A DNA stretch of 64,000 nt, from NCBI GenBank assembly GCA_036654655.1, contig JAVVRP010000001.1:6251-70250 (forward strand), read 5' to 3'. This document shows, piece by piece, positions 11,165 to 21,204 of the stretch (position 1 is its first letter; each line of letters begins with the position of its first letter). The translations under genes and the position numbers were made by a program. Under the pieces are notes generated by a model. It made no database searches and was not told the DNA's origin. It worked only from the letters and a program-made list of their open reading frames with translations. This stretch comes from Clostridia bacterium (GTDB lineage: Bacteria; Bacillota; Clostridia; Christensenellales; UBA1242).

Positions 11165-12007
11165 ATGAAAAAAAACGCAAAGTTTAAAGTGCATATATTA
11201 TTTTTTTTGTTTGCAATAATACTTGTAATTTTGGGTTATATAAAAGAAATTTTAACATTTTTTTTTGTTGTTAGTTTGCATGAATTAGCACATGCATTTG
11301 TGGCAAAAAAATTGGGTTACAAACTAACAAATTTTAAACTTTTGCCCTATGGTGTAAGTTTAAGTTACAAAGAATTTACAACAAATGCAAACCACGAAAT
11401 TGCAATAGCAATTGCTGGGCCTTTGTTCAACATTGCTTTATGTGTTGTTATTGTTGCTCTTTGGTGGGGTTTTCCTATAACTTATGTTTACACAGATTTT
11501 TTGTGCAAAGCAAGTTTTGTAACGGCGGTGTTTAATTTTTTGCCAGCATTTCCACTTGATGGTGGAAGAGTGCTTGTTGGCATATTATCTCATAAAATAA
11601 AGCGAGAAAAATCAATTAAGATTTCGTGCGTGTTCAATGTTATTTTAACTGCATTTTTTTTAATATTGTTTTGTATGTCACTTTTTATTAAACCAAATTT
11701 TACGTTTATAACAATTTCAATTTTTTTATTTGCTGGTATAATAGAAGGAAAAAATGAGGGTGAATATCAAAGGTTAAGTTTTAAAGATTTTGGAGATATC
11801 AAACATATAAGCGGAGTTAAGGTGCAAGCATTTTTGGCGTCCACACCACTTTACAAAATTGTCATTAAAATGAAAAAAAACAAGTTTAATGTGTTTTTTG
11901 TAATTTTTGCCAATGGAAGTGTAAAATTGTTTTCGCAAATTCAACTTGCAAAAATGGCGGAAAAGTTTGAACTATCAAATTCCATCCAAAACATAATTAA
12001 AAATTAA
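11165..12007 (+). CDS. M50 family site-2 metalloprotease, SpoIVFB-like
   Basis: Multi-TM protein with HELAHAF (HExxH) in a TM helix and a downstream FNFLPAFPLDGGRV (NxxPxxxLDG) motif. Its size (280 aa) and sporulation neighbourhood fit SpoIVFB. Confidence 0.7.
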   Translation: MKKNAKFKVHILFFLFAIILVILGYIKEILTFFFVVSLHELAHAFVAKKLGYKLTNFKLLPYGVSLSYKEFTTNANHEIAIAIAGPLFNIALCVVIVALWWGFPITYVYTDFLCKASFVTAVFNFLPAFPLDGGRVLVGILSHKIKREKSIKISCVFNVILTAFFLILFCMSLFIKPNFTFITISIFLFAGIIEGKNEGEYQRLSFKDFGDIKHISGVKVQAFLASTPLYKIVIKMKKNKFNVFFVIFANGSVKLFSQIQLAKMAEKFELSNSIQNIIKN

Positions 12008-12085
12008 CATAAAAATATTGGCTGTTGAATATTGTTTGCGAATTTGCATATAATGTTGTATACTTGTTTTCAAGAGGAGGGGATT

Positions 12086-12223
12086 ATGAATGACTTTCCA
12101 TCAGAAACAACTAAACTTGCATGGCAACTATTTAAAAACAGTGGACAAATTCAATATGCAATGCTTTTTATTGCATTAAACAATCCCCAATTATTTGAGG
12201 AAACCAACCTCATGACCTTTTAA
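12086..12223 (+). CDS. yqzL: YqzL-family small protein (45 aa)
   Basis: GGAGGGG RBS, then ATG at 12086 (the track ORF starts earlier, at 12032). The motif LAWQLFKNSGQIQYAMLF resembles YqzL. It sits immediately upstream of recO, as in B. subtilis. Confidence 0.55.
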   Translation: MNDFPSETTKLAWQLFKNSGQIQYAMLFIALNNPQLFEETNLMTF

Positions 12224-12233
12224 TTAGGTAATT

Positions 12234-12953
12234 ATGGAAGAACAAAATGGACAACGTGCAATTGTTATTGGCACGCATGATAAAGGTGAAAAAGATGTCA
12301 CAGTTAACTTGTTTTCGCTTGAAAACGGCATTATTTCTGTAACATTAAAAGGTGTTAAAAATTCTAATGCAAAACTTAAATTTGCCAAAGAACTTTTTTT
12401 GTTTGGCAATTTTTTTATTACATCAAAAGGAAATATTGTTACAAATGCAGAGGTAATAGAAAGTTTTTACAATATTTCAAAAGACCTTAAAAAGTTTTAT
12501 GGTGCAAGCGCAATTTTGCAAATAATCAAGGCATCTGTTATGCTTGATCAGCCAAACCCACAATTATTTGTTAATGCGTTAAAAAGCCTTAAAACCTTGT
12601 GCTATGAAAATGTTTCACACAAAATTGTTGTTTGCAAATTTTTGATTTGTGTTTTTGAATTGGTTGGATTAAAACTTTCGCTTAATAAATGTTCAAACTG
12701 TGGTGGAGAATTTTTTGCTAGTTCTTATTTATCTTTAAACTCAGGTGGAATTGTATGTTCAAGTTGTAGGGGTTTTGATGCCGTTAAAATTGAAAAGTCA
12801 ACTCAAACTTCATTGAGATTAATTTCAAATACTCCTTATGAAAAATTAATTTCAGTAAAAATTCCAAACGAAACAACAGAAAAAATGCTTTGCTTGTTAA
12901 CACAAAATTTTAATCAAAGATTTAACAAAAACTTAAATTTTTTACAGTTTTAA
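12234..12953 (+). CDS. recO: DNA repair protein RecO
   Basis: 239 aa with an N-terminal OB-like region and the RecO zinc finger CSNCGG...CSSCRG. Confidence 0.85.
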   Translation: MEEQNGQRAIVIGTHDKGEKDVTVNLFSLENGIISVTLKGVKNSNAKLKFAKELFLFGNFFITSKGNIVTNAEVIESFYNISKDLKKFYGASAILQIIKASVMLDQPNPQLFVNALKSLKTLCYENVSHKIVVCKFLICVFELVGLKLSLNKCSNCGGEFFASSYLSLNSGGIVCSSCRGFDAVKIEKSTQTSLRLISNTPYEKLISVKIPNETTEKMLCLLTQNFNQRFNKNLNFLQF

Positions 12954-12973
12954 CAAAATACACCTAAACAAAA

Positions 12974-13003
12974 TTCATAAATTAACTTTTGTCATCATAT
13001 TTT
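12974..13003 (+). promoter_or_regulatory. possible sigma-E-type (mother-cell) promoter upstream of spoIVA
   Basis: TTCATAAA, 14 nt, then CATATTTT, resembling the B. subtilis sigma-E consensus (kcATAtt-N14-CATAcAnT). It lies about 18 nt before the spoIVA RBS. This is a pattern match only. Confidence 0.3.
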
Positions 13004-13020
13004 ACAGCAACGGAGGATAT

Positions 13021-14493
13021 ATGGAAAAAGAAATTTATGATGATATTGCCACGCGAACATGCGGGGATATTTATATCGGCGTGGTTGGTCCCGTGCGTTG
13101 TGGCAAATCAATGTTTATTACAAAGTTTATGCAAAATTTGGTTATACCAAACATAAAAAACAAACACATGAAACAGCGTGCAATAGATGAACTTCCACAA
13201 AGCGCAGAAGGAAAAACAATTATGACAACTCAGCCAAATTTTGTGCCCAATGAGGCTGTTGAAATTGCACTTGGCAATGTTGAAATGAAGGTAAGAATGG
13301 TTGATTGTGTTGGATATTTAATTGGTGGCGTTATGGGGCATGAGGAAAATCAAAAAGCACGCAAGGTTAAAACACCATGGAGCACACAAAATATGCTCTT
13401 TGAAGAGGCGGCGGAACTTGGCACAAAAAAAGTTATTCAAGAGCATTCCACAATAGGGATTGTGATAACCACCGATGGAAGTATAACGGACATCCCTCGT
13501 GAAAATTATGTGGATGCCGAAAAACGAATAATTGCAGAAATAAAAAAACAAAATAAGCCTTTTGTTGTTTTGATAAATTCAAAACATCCAGCCGACGCAT
13601 TAACAGTGGCTTTGTCAAATGAAATTGCAACAAAATACGGGGTTGTTGCAATGCCGGTTGATGTTTCAAAATTGGATGTGGAAATAGTTGAAGAAATTTT
13701 TGAAAAAATATTATTAGAATTTCCTGTTCAAAGTTTTAAGGTAAAGATGCCTCAATGGCTTCAAGCCCTTCCTTATCAGGACCCAATTATTCAAGAGGTA
13801 ATTACAGAAATTAAAAAGTTTGGTGAAAATGTTAAAAAAATTGGACAAATAGATAAAACAAATGTTGCATTTTTAAATAGTGAAGATTTTGAGCCTGTGG
13901 TTCTTGGAAAAATAAAAATGGGAGAGGGTAATGTGTTTTTTGATGTTACTCCCAAACAGCATTTGTTTTATAAGGTGCTTTCATTGCAATGTGGAACAGA
14001 AATTAAAGATGATTTTGCTTTGGTTTCACACATTCATCAACTTGCATATGCAAAATCGCAGTATGATAAGTTAGAAAATGCCTTAAAAGATGTTAAAGAA
14101 ACAGGTTATGGCGTTGTTAGCCCAAAACTTGAAGACATGAGTTTGGAGGACCCTCAAATTGTAAAACAGGGTGCAAGATTTGGTGTAAAATTAAAAGCAT
14201 CTGCTCCAAGTTTGCACATTATGCGTGTTGATGTTGAAACAGAAATAAATCCGCTTGTTGGAACAGAACAGCAGTCCGAAGATTTGGTTAAATATTTAAT
14301 GGATGAATTTCAAAAAAATCCAAGTTCAATATGGGAAACAAACATGTTTGGAAAATCGTTGCACTCACTGGTTGGTGAGGGAATTAATTCAAAAATAGTT
14401 ATGATGCCGGTTGAGGCACAACGTAAGATGCGAAAAACGCTTGGAAGAATTGTTAACGAGGGTAAAGGCGGAATAATTTGCATATTATTGTAA
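13021..14493 (+). CDS. spoIVA: stage IV sporulation protein A (spore coat morphogenetic ATPase)
   Basis: 490 aa. The N-terminus MEKEIYDDIATRTCGDIYIGVVGPVRCGKSMFITKFM matches the SpoIVA Walker A region, and the C-terminus GGIICILL is typical. Confidence 0.93.
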   Translation: MEKEIYDDIATRTCGDIYIGVVGPVRCGKSMFITKFMQNLVIPNIKNKHMKQRAIDELPQSAEGKTIMTTQPNFVPNEAVEIALGNVEMKVRMVDCVGYLIGGVMGHEENQKARKVKTPWSTQNMLFEEAAELGTKKVIQEHSTIGIVITTDGSITDIPRENYVDAEKRIIAEIKKQNKPFVVLINSKHPADALTVALSNEIATKYGVVAMPVDVSKLDVEIVEEIFEKILLEFPVQSFKVKMPQWLQALPYQDPIIQEVITEIKKFGENVKKIGQIDKTNVAFLNSEDFEPVVLGKIKMGEGNVFFDVTPKQHLFYKVLSLQCGTEIKDDFALVSHIHQLAYAKSQYDKLENALKDVKETGYGVVSPKLEDMSLEDPQIVKQGARFGVKLKASAPSLHIMRVDVETEINPLVGTEQQSEDLVKYLMDEFQKNPSSIWETNMFGKSLHSLVGEGINSKIVMMPVEAQRKMRKTLGRIVNEGKGGIICILL

Positions 14494-14497
14494 AATA

Positions 14498-14539
14498 AAA
14501 AAAAACAATGCTTTTAATATTAAAAAGCATTGTTTTTTT
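14498..14539. terminator. bidirectional terminator between spoIVA and convergent PFOR
   Basis: aacaatgcttttaa / ttaaaagcattgtt 14-bp stem flanked by A-run and T-run. Confidence 0.8.
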
Positions 14540-17500
14540 TTATAAAATTTCTTCTAATTTTTTTAAAAAATCATATCTGTCTTGTGCATCTTTTTTGCAT
14601 TGTTCAAACAAAAATTTTGCTCTATCTGGGTTTATTTTTTCAAGAGCAGAAAACCTTGTTTCGCCACTTAAAAAATCTTCAAATTCAAGGATTGGTAAAT
14701 CGCTATCCATGGTAAATTTTTTTGTTTCATTTGGGTTAAAGCGGAACAAATTCCAATATCCACTTTGCACGGCACGTTTCATTTCTATGTTAGAATTACT
14801 CATATTAAAGCCATGGTTAATACAAGGAGAATAAGCAATTATAATGCTTGGCCCATCAAAGGCTTCCGCCTCCTGAAATGCCTTAATTGTTTGTGTTGGG
14901 TTTGCTCCAAGTGCAACTTGTGCCACATATGCGTTTCCTTGCATAATTGCAAGTAGTGCTAAATTTTTCTTTTTTGTGGACTTTCCGTTTGAAGCAAACT
15001 TTGCAAGCGCTCCACGTTGAGTGGATTTTGATTGTTGTCCGCCCGTGTTTGAGTACACTTCACTGTCCAAAACCAAAACATTAACATTTTCTTTGCTACA
15101 AAGCAGGTGATCCAATCCGCCATATCCAATGTCATATGCCCATCCATCACCGCCAATAATCCAAACACTTTTGCCTTTTTTTGTTGCTTCTCTTGCAAAA
15201 CTCATTCCCATTCCAAATTCTGCATTATCTTCAAACAAACTGTTAGCCCAAGCAGGCCCCTTTCCGTTGCAATCTTTTGCATAAGGGCATGCTGGGGCAG
15301 AACCACCATATATGCTAGAACATCCCGTTGCATTTGCAATCACCATTTTATCACCAAAAAGTTGAGTGGCAATTTTAATATATGGTGTTTCGCCACATCC
15401 TGCACAAGCAAAATTAAATTCAAAATATGGTTTTGCAAATTGTAACCCTTTTGGAGTTGATTTTGAATAAGGGCTTGGTTCTTGTTTTAACAATAAAGAA
15501 AACTTGTAATTTTCCACTTGTGCATCAAGTTGGGTGGAAGTTGGGGCCATTTCCAAGGCCTTGTTTTTAAGGGGACAAACTTTTGCGCAAACTCCGCAAC
15601 CAGTGCAGTCAAGAGGGCTAACTTGCATTCGATATTCAAGGTTGCCTTGTTTTATTGTTTTGTAAGTATCGGGGGCAACTTTCAAATTTTCTTTTGTGGA
15701 AAGTGTTGCACGCAAGCATGCGTGTGGGCAGGAAGCAGAGCAAAGCCCGCAAGCAATACAGTTTTCTGGAATCCATTTAGGCACATTTAAAGCAATTCCA
15801 CGTTTTTGAAATTTTGTTGTGTCTGTTGGAACGGCACCGTTAGGGTTAAATGCCGAAACGCCCAAACAGTTACCTTTTAGTTCATCAATAGGTTTAATAA
15901 AATTATCGTAATAATCATTTCCTGTTTTTAAAGCAGAGCAATGGTCAATTTCTGTAAATTTGTTTACATCAACTTCAATCAAATTGTTGCAACCCGCTTC
16001 AATGGCCTTTATGTTTCCTTCAACAACAGTGGGACCTTTTTTGCCATACGTGTTTTTTACCGCAGTTTTCATTGCAGTAACAGACGTTTCAAAATTTAAA
16101 ATATTTGAAACTTTAAAAAATGATGCTTGCATAATTACATTTATTTTGTTTCCTAAACCGTTTTCAGTTGCAATTTTTTGTGCGTCAATTATAAAAAGTT
16201 TTGCATTTTGAGTTTTAAGGGTGTTTTTAAAATTAAGTGGAAGATTTTTATCAAGTTGATTGGCTGGTAAAACTGTGTTTAAAAGGACAGTAGAATTTTT
16301 TGCAAGTCCGTTTAATAAATCATATCTTCCAATAAAAGAAAAGTTATGTATTGCAACAAACTCTGGTGAAGTGATTGTGTATGGCATGTCAATTGGCTTT
16401 TGCGCAGTTCTTAAATGAGAAATTGTTAAACTGCCAGACTTTTTGCTGTCGTATTCAAAAAATCCTTGTGTAAATAAACTTGAATTTTCTCCAATTATTT
16501 TAATTGTGTTTTTGTTTGCAGAAACGGTTCCGTCAGAACCAAGCCCAAAAAATTTGTATTCTTTGCACTCCAAAGGAAAATCAAAGTTATTTTGTGGAAG
16601 AGATAAATTGCAAACATCATCATTAATTCCAACCGAAAAATTATTTTTAGAATTTTTAAGTTTTAAATTATCAAAAACTGCCTTTGCAAATTCGGGAGTA
16701 AATTCTTTGCCACCAAGCCCATATCTTCCGCCAAAAACTTGAATATTTTTGTTTTGCATTTTAACAGCGGTTACAACATCTTTAAAAAGAGGCTCGCCAT
16801 TTGCGTTTACATCTTTGCATTTGTCCAAAACAGCAATTTTCACAACGGAATTTGGCAAAACTTTGCAAAAATCAGTAGCAGAAAAAGGGCGAAACAATCT
16901 TACATTAAGCACGCCAACATCTTCACCATTTTTACAAATTGTTTCTGCAACTTGTGCAAGTGTTTTTGTTGCACTGCCCATGGCAATTACAACATTTTTT
17001 GCATTAGAACTGCCATAATATTCATAAGGCAAATAAGCCCTCCCTGTTTCATTTTCAAAAGTTTTCATGGCAGATTTTACAATGTTATAAACATTTCCAT
17101 AAGCCACATTACATGCCTCACGATTTTGAAAAAATATGTCGGGATTTTGTGCTGTACCCATTTGAATTGGATTGTTTGGGTCAAGCGCTTTGTTTTTAAA
17201 CTGTTCAATTTTGTTAAGCGGAAGCATATTTTTAATTGTTTGGTCGTCAATTTCTATTATTTTTTGAATTTCGTGAGAAGTTCTAAACCCGTCAAAAAAG
17301 TGAATAAAAGGTAAACTTGAATTAAGCGCAGAAATATGTGTAATCAGCGCCATATCTTCGCATTCTTGAACAGATGCCGAGCAAATCATGTTAAAGCCAG
17401 TGGAACGGCATGCCATAACATCGGAATGGTCTCCAAAAATTGAAAGTGCATGAGATGCAACTGCACGAGCAGTTACGTGAAATACAACGGGCAATAATTC

Positions 17501-17809
17501 TCCCGCTATTTTGTACATGTTAGGAATCATTAAAAGCAAACCTTGTGAGCACGTAAAAGTTGTTGTCAGTGCCCCGCAGATGGCACTGCCATGTACGGCG
17601 CCAGCAACGCCACCTTCGCTTTGCATTTGCTTAACAATAACAGGATTGCCAAAAATATTTTTTTCTCCTTTGCATGCCCACTCATCACTTAGTTCTCCCA
17701 TTGAAGTGGAAGGAGTAATTGGATAAATTGCAATAACTTCGCTTAATTTATATGCAATTTTTGCTACTGCTGTGTTTCCATCAACATTAATATATTTTTG
17801 TTCTTTCAT
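14540..17809 (-). CDS. nifJ: pyruvate:ferredoxin (flavodoxin) oxidoreductase
   Basis: 1089 aa. N-terminus VDGNTAVAKIAYKLSEVIAIYPITPST, two ferredoxin-type 4Fe-4S motifs (CIACGLCSASCP, CTGCGVCAKVCP), and a TPP-binding GGDGWAYDIGYGGLDH motif. Confidence 0.95.
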   Translation of the reverse strand: MKEQKYINVDGNTAVAKIAYKLSEVIAIYPITPSTSMGELSDEWACKGEKNIFGNPVIVKQMQSEGGVAGAVHGSAICGALTTTFTCSQGLLLMIPNMYKIAGELLPVVFHVTARAVASHALSIFGDHSDVMACRSTGFNMICSASVQECEDMALITHISALNSSLPFIHFFDGFRTSHEIQKIIEIDDQTIKNMLPLNKIEQFKNKALDPNNPIQMGTAQNPDIFFQNREACNVAYGNVYNIVKSAMKTFENETGRAYLPYEYYGSSNAKNVVIAMGSATKTLAQVAETICKNGEDVGVLNVRLFRPFSATDFCKVLPNSVVKIAVLDKCKDVNANGEPLFKDVVTAVKMQNKNIQVFGGRYGLGGKEFTPEFAKAVFDNLKLKNSKNNFSVGINDDVCNLSLPQNNFDFPLECKEYKFFGLGSDGTVSANKNTIKIIGENSSLFTQGFFEYDSKKSGSLTISHLRTAQKPIDMPYTITSPEFVAIHNFSFIGRYDLLNGLAKNSTVLLNTVLPANQLDKNLPLNFKNTLKTQNAKLFIIDAQKIATENGLGNKINVIMQASFFKVSNILNFETSVTAMKTAVKNTYGKKGPTVVEGNIKAIEAGCNNLIEVDVNKFTEIDHCSALKTGNDYYDNFIKPIDELKGNCLGVSAFNPNGAVPTDTTKFQKRGIALNVPKWIPENCIACGLCSASCPHACLRATLSTKENLKVAPDTYKTIKQGNLEYRMQVSPLDCTGCGVCAKVCPLKNKALEMAPTSTQLDAQVENYKFSLLLKQEPSPYSKSTPKGLQFAKPYFEFNFACAGCGETPYIKIATQLFGDKMVIANATGCSSIYGGSAPACPYAKDCNGKGPAWANSLFEDNAEFGMGMSFAREATKKGKSVWIIGGDGWAYDIGYGGLDHLLCSKENVNVLVLDSEVYSNTGGQQSKSTQRGALAKFASNGKSTKKKNLALLAIMQGNAYVAQVALGANPTQTIKAFQEAEAFDGPSIIIAYSPCINHGFNMSNSNIEMKRAVQSGYWNLFRFNPNETKKFTMDSDLPILEFEDFLSGETRFSALEKINPDRAKFLFEQCKKDAQDRYDFLKKLEEIL

Positions 17810-17904
17810 TTTTTCTCCATAATAATTAAAGTATATTTGCTTTTTAAATTAAAGTCAACCATAACGTACTTGCAAAATTTAAAAAAAATTGATAGAATAT
17901 TATC

Positions 17905-18639
17905 ATGAAACGGATTTTATTAACAATTCAATATGATGGCACAAATTTTTGCGGTTGGCAAGCACAGCCGGGGCAAAGAAGTGTTCAAAAAGAAATTGAA
18001 AATCAGTTAGAAAAAATTTTTGAACAAAAAGTAGAACTTTTTGCAAGCGGACGTACGGATGCAGGAGTTCATGCAAAAAATCAGTTTGCTCATTTTGATT
18101 ATGATGGCAAGTTTGAAATAACTCATATTTGCAACGCACTTGCCTCATATTTGCCAGAAGATATTTCTGTAACTTGCGCAAAAGAAGTTTTGCCAAATTT
18201 TCACGCAAGATTTTGTGTAAAACAAAAAATTTATCGTTACATTTGCTATGTAAGTGAATTTAAAGATGTTTTTTTGAACAAGTTTGCGCTTCAAATTAAA
18301 AAAATGCCAAATGTTCAAAAAATAAGGCAAAGTGCAAAATATTTTATTGGAACTCATGATTTTTCTGCTTTTTGTGCAAGTGGTTCCAATATTTTAGACC
18401 ATGTTCGAACAATATATAATATAAAAATATTAGAAAATTGTAATCAAATAATTTTTGAATTTTCTGGAAATGGATTTTTGTATAATATGGTAAGAATTAT
18501 TGTCGGAACTCTTTTAGATGTGGGATGTGGCAAAATTCAAGTGGAAAAAATCCCTGAAATAATAGAAAGTAAACAAAGACATAATGCCGGCAAAACCGTT
18601 CAGGCACACGGACTTTGTTTATACGATGTTGTTTATTAA
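17905..18639 (+). CDS. truA: tRNA pseudouridine(38-40) synthase TruA
   Basis: 244 aa with the motifs LTIQYDGTNFCGWQAQPG and SGRTDAGVHA (catalytic Asp). Confidence 0.93.
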   Translation: MKRILLTIQYDGTNFCGWQAQPGQRSVQKEIENQLEKIFEQKVELFASGRTDAGVHAKNQFAHFDYDGKFEITHICNALASYLPEDISVTCAKEVLPNFHARFCVKQKIYRYICYVSEFKDVFLNKFALQIKKMPNVQKIRQSAKYFIGTHDFSAFCASGSNILDHVRTIYNIKILENCNQIIFEFSGNGFLYNMVRIIVGTLLDVGCGKIQVEKIPEIIESKQRHNAGKTVQAHGLCLYDVVY

Positions 18640-18747
18640 TTGCATTAAAAAAAATATATGAATTATTATTCATTTTTTTGCATAAAACCCACAAAAGTAC
18701 TTGATTTTTGTTTTAATAAATGATATTATATAAAAAAGGGGTTGAAA

Positions 18748-19452
18748 ATGTATCCACTGGAAAAAGATAGTGACTTTGAAGAGTTTGTAATGTATTACTG
18801 TCAAGTATATAAAACATATCTGCAAAATATGGGTGAGTTAGCACTTGAAAAAAAATTTAATACGTTTGTAAGTGGGCAGTTAAAATCTGCATTATCAACT
18901 CATTTAACACAAAATAGTGGTGCTGAAATTATTGCAATATTGGAAGGGCAGTTTTTGCCAGAAATTCAAGTAAAAGTTAAAGTTTGCACAACAACAATTA
19001 AAAAAAGTGATGTAATTCATGAACTTTTAGGTAAACTTTGTTATTTAAAAAACAAGGATGAATATTTTTCTAACTTAATAAAAAAAGCAGGCGATAAAAA
19101 AAAGGATCTTAACAATTTCATAAGAACAAATGCTCTTAATATTCAAAGAAGCCAAGCAGTAAAAACTGAAACAGAACTTCAAAAGTTGGGCGTGGCACAC
19201 AAAAATTCAGTCATGTGCTTAAAAACATTTAAAACAGCAATGCAAAGTGAACAAATTGTAAAACAAACATTTTTGGCCAGCCAACTTTCCAAAATTGACT
19301 TTAAAAAACGCTTGGAACTTAGCGAGCATGAATATATTAAATCTGTTGAAGATGCACGAGAAAAAAATTTTTTAGCGTTAATTGATTATGAAACAAATTA
19401 TTTTGCAAATTTTTATTATCAAACAGAAATTCCAAATCTTGCAAATGCTTAA
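18748..19452 (+). CDS. hypothetical protein (234 aa)
   Basis: ATG at 18748 after an AAGGGG RBS (the track start is TTG 18742). K/E/Q-rich, predicted helical, no recognisable motif. Confidence 0.55.
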   Translation: MYPLEKDSDFEEFVMYYCQVYKTYLQNMGELALEKKFNTFVSGQLKSALSTHLTQNSGAEIIAILEGQFLPEIQVKVKVCTTTIKKSDVIHELLGKLCYLKNKDEYFSNLIKKAGDKKKDLNNFIRTNALNIQRSQAVKTETELQKLGVAHKNSVMCLKTFKTAMQSEQIVKQTFLASQLSKIDFKKRLELSEHEYIKSVEDAREKNFLALIDYETNYFANFYYQTEIPNLANA

Positions 19453-19549
19453 ATGATTATTATTTAAATATGCATAATTTACATAGACACAAATTAATAA
19501 TTTCTTGCAAGAAACAAAAATAAGTGTTAAACTAATTCAGCAAAACTTT

Positions 19550-19637
19550 GGAGAGGTGTCAGAGTGGTCTAACGTGCCATCTTGGAAAGGTGGTGTTGTG
19601 AAAGCAACCGCAGGTTCAAATCCTGTCCTCTCCGCCA
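19550..19637 (+). tRNA. tRNA-Ser (anticodon GGA)
   Basis: Acceptor ggagagg/cctctcc, anticodon loop tTGGAAa, long variable arm, GGTTCAAATCC T-arm, encoded CCA. Confidence 0.88.
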
Positions 19638-19645
19638 ATGATGAT

Positions 19646-19690
19646 GCCGTTAAAGTCATTTTAAAAAACACTTTAACGGCATTATTTTTA
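19646..19690 (+). terminator. rho-independent terminator after tRNA-Ser(GGA)
   Basis: gccgttaaagt / actttaacggc 11-bp stem followed by a T-rich tail. Confidence 0.75.
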
Positions 19691-19749
19691 TTTAAAAACA
19701 CATAAAAAATAAATTTGTTTTTTTAATTTGTAAGTGATAATATATATAA

Positions 19750-20454
19750 ATGAATAAAAAAGAATTAAAATTACAAGTTGTTTTGGGCACTTTGCTTAAA
19801 ACAAATAATTGGATAGTGGGTGATAGCGAATGTGCAGTTTTAATTGATTGTTCGGCACCATTGTTAAAAATTAGTGAAATTATAGGAACTCGCAAACTTT
19901 TAGGAGTTATTTTAACGCATGGGCATTGGGACCATTTTCAATCAATAAATGAAATTGTTAATCATTATGATTGCAAAGTGTTTTTACATCAAAATGCTTA
20001 TCAAAAATTAATGTTTATGTCGCGTGGTTATGCAATTAAGCACATTGACATCAAATTAAATTCACAAAGTTTTGTATTTGTAAAAAATGGCGATACAATA
20101 ACTTTTGATAATTTAATATTTAATGTTTTTGAAACGTTTGGGCACACCGATTGTAGCATAAGTTTGCAAATGCGTGAAAATTTAAAAGTTAAAACAAATT
20201 TGCCACTTAAAATTGATGTAAATGAAATATACAAAAAAGGCGCATTAATTGGTGGCAGTGTGTTATTTACGGGGGACACGTTATTTGATTGTTCATATGG
20301 AAGGGTGGATTTGCCAACAGGCAATGCGGAAAGCATGAAAAAAAGTTTAAATTTTTTGCTATCAAATTTTGATGATAAAACTTATGTGTTATCTGGGCAT
20401 GGCAATATTACAACAATTAAAGATTGTAAAAAATATTTTAATGTTAACATTTAA
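19750..20454 (+). CDS. MBL-fold metallo-hydrolase
   Basis: 234 aa with THGHWDH (HxHxDH) and downstream GHTDCS and SGHG metal-ligand motifs. Confidence 0.85.
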   Translation: MNKKELKLQVVLGTLLKTNNWIVGDSECAVLIDCSAPLLKISEIIGTRKLLGVILTHGHWDHFQSINEIVNHYDCKVFLHQNAYQKLMFMSRGYAIKHIDIKLNSQSFVFVKNGDTITFDNLIFNVFETFGHTDCSISLQMRENLKVKTNLPLKIDVNEIYKKGALIGGSVLFTGDTLFDCSYGRVDLPTGNAESMKKSLNFLLSNFDDKTYVLSGHGNITTIKDCKKYFNVNI

Positions 20455-20516
20455 AGCCGTTAAAAAGAAATTAATTGACAACATAATAAAGGTTTGTTAC
20501 ACTAAACAAAAAGCAT

Positions 20517-20604
20517 GGAAAGGTGTCAGAGCGGTTGAATGTGCCAGTCTCGAAAATTGGTGTTGTGAAAGCAACCGAGGGTTCAAATCCCTCCCTTTCC
20601 GCCA
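20517..20604 (+). tRNA. tRNA-Ser (anticodon CGA)
   Basis: Acceptor ggaaagg/cctttcc, anticodon stem ccagt/attgg with loop cTCGAAa, long variable arm, GGTTCAAATCC T-arm, encoded CCA. A TTGACA -35 lies at 20475. Confidence 0.88.
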
Positions 20605-20619
20605 ATAAATGGAGTTGTT

Positions 20620-21204
20620 ATGTTTAATGGGATAAAAAGAATTAAAAGTATGAACAAACAAATTGGTGATGTTCATGAAGAATATGATGAAAATGGAATG
20701 TTAATTGTTAAACTTAATTTAAGAGATGAAGATAATTTTTTGTCACCATTTTCTTATGGAAGTATTCCAATTTTGGATTCTAATATAGAACAATACTTAA
20801 ACAGTTGCGTTCGTCCCGCAAAATGTAAACAAAATATTCACCTTAAAATTTACAGTTATACTATTGATGAAAGCGAAAAAAAAATATATGAGCAGGCAAT
20901 AAGAAATACTTTTAAGCAAAGTTATGTCAGCGAAAAACAACATATGCAAAAAAGTTTGATTGCATCGTTAATAATGCTGTTTGTAAGTTTAAGTTTTTTA
21001 TCATTAATGTTTTTGTTTGATTATTTTAAACTAAATTCAATTTTTATAGAACTTATTGACATAATAGCATGGGTTTTTATGTGGGAGGCGGTTGATATTT
21101 TTTTCTTTAAACGGCATGTAATAAATTGGTCACAACAAAAAAACATTGGTTTTTACAATGCAAAAATCTCTTTTTTATCGGCTCAAACAAAGGAGATTAA
21201 ATAA
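20620..21204 (+). CDS. hypothetical membrane protein (194 aa; soluble N-domain plus two TM helices)
   Basis: A TGGAG RBS precedes the start. Hydrophobic segments are LIASLIMLFVSLSFLSLMFLF and FIELIDIIAWVFMWEAVDIFFF. No family recognised. Confidence 0.55.
   Translation: MFNGIKRIKSMNKQIGDVHEEYDENGMLIVKLNLRDEDNFLSPFSYGSIPILDSNIEQYLNSCVRPAKCKQNIHLKIYSYTIDESEKKIYEQAIRNTFKQSYVSEKQHMQKSLIASLIMLFVSLSFLSLMFLFDYFKLNSIFIELIDIIAWVFMWEAVDIFFFKRHVINWSQQKNIGFYNAKISFLSAQTKEIK

Noticed and set aside
14508-14834. + strand ORFs (108 aa and 61 aa) at the 3' end of PFOR
   Set aside because: They begin inside the bidirectional terminator and run antisense to the conserved PFOR C-terminus, with F/L/S/K low-complexity products.
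14540-17809. PFOR is about 80 aa shorter than the ~1170-aa enzymes I remember, which could mean truncation or a pseudogene
   Set aside because: The N-terminus, both ferredoxin-type clusters, the TPP motif and a normal-looking C-terminus are all in one uninterrupted frame. The length difference is most simply explained by shorter linkers.
19505-19705. 66-aa ORF overlapping tRNA-Ser(GGA); likewise 20369..20608 overlapping tRNA-Ser(CGA)
   Set aside because: Both read straight through tRNA genes and their terminators. They have no RBS and are artefacts of the ORF caller.
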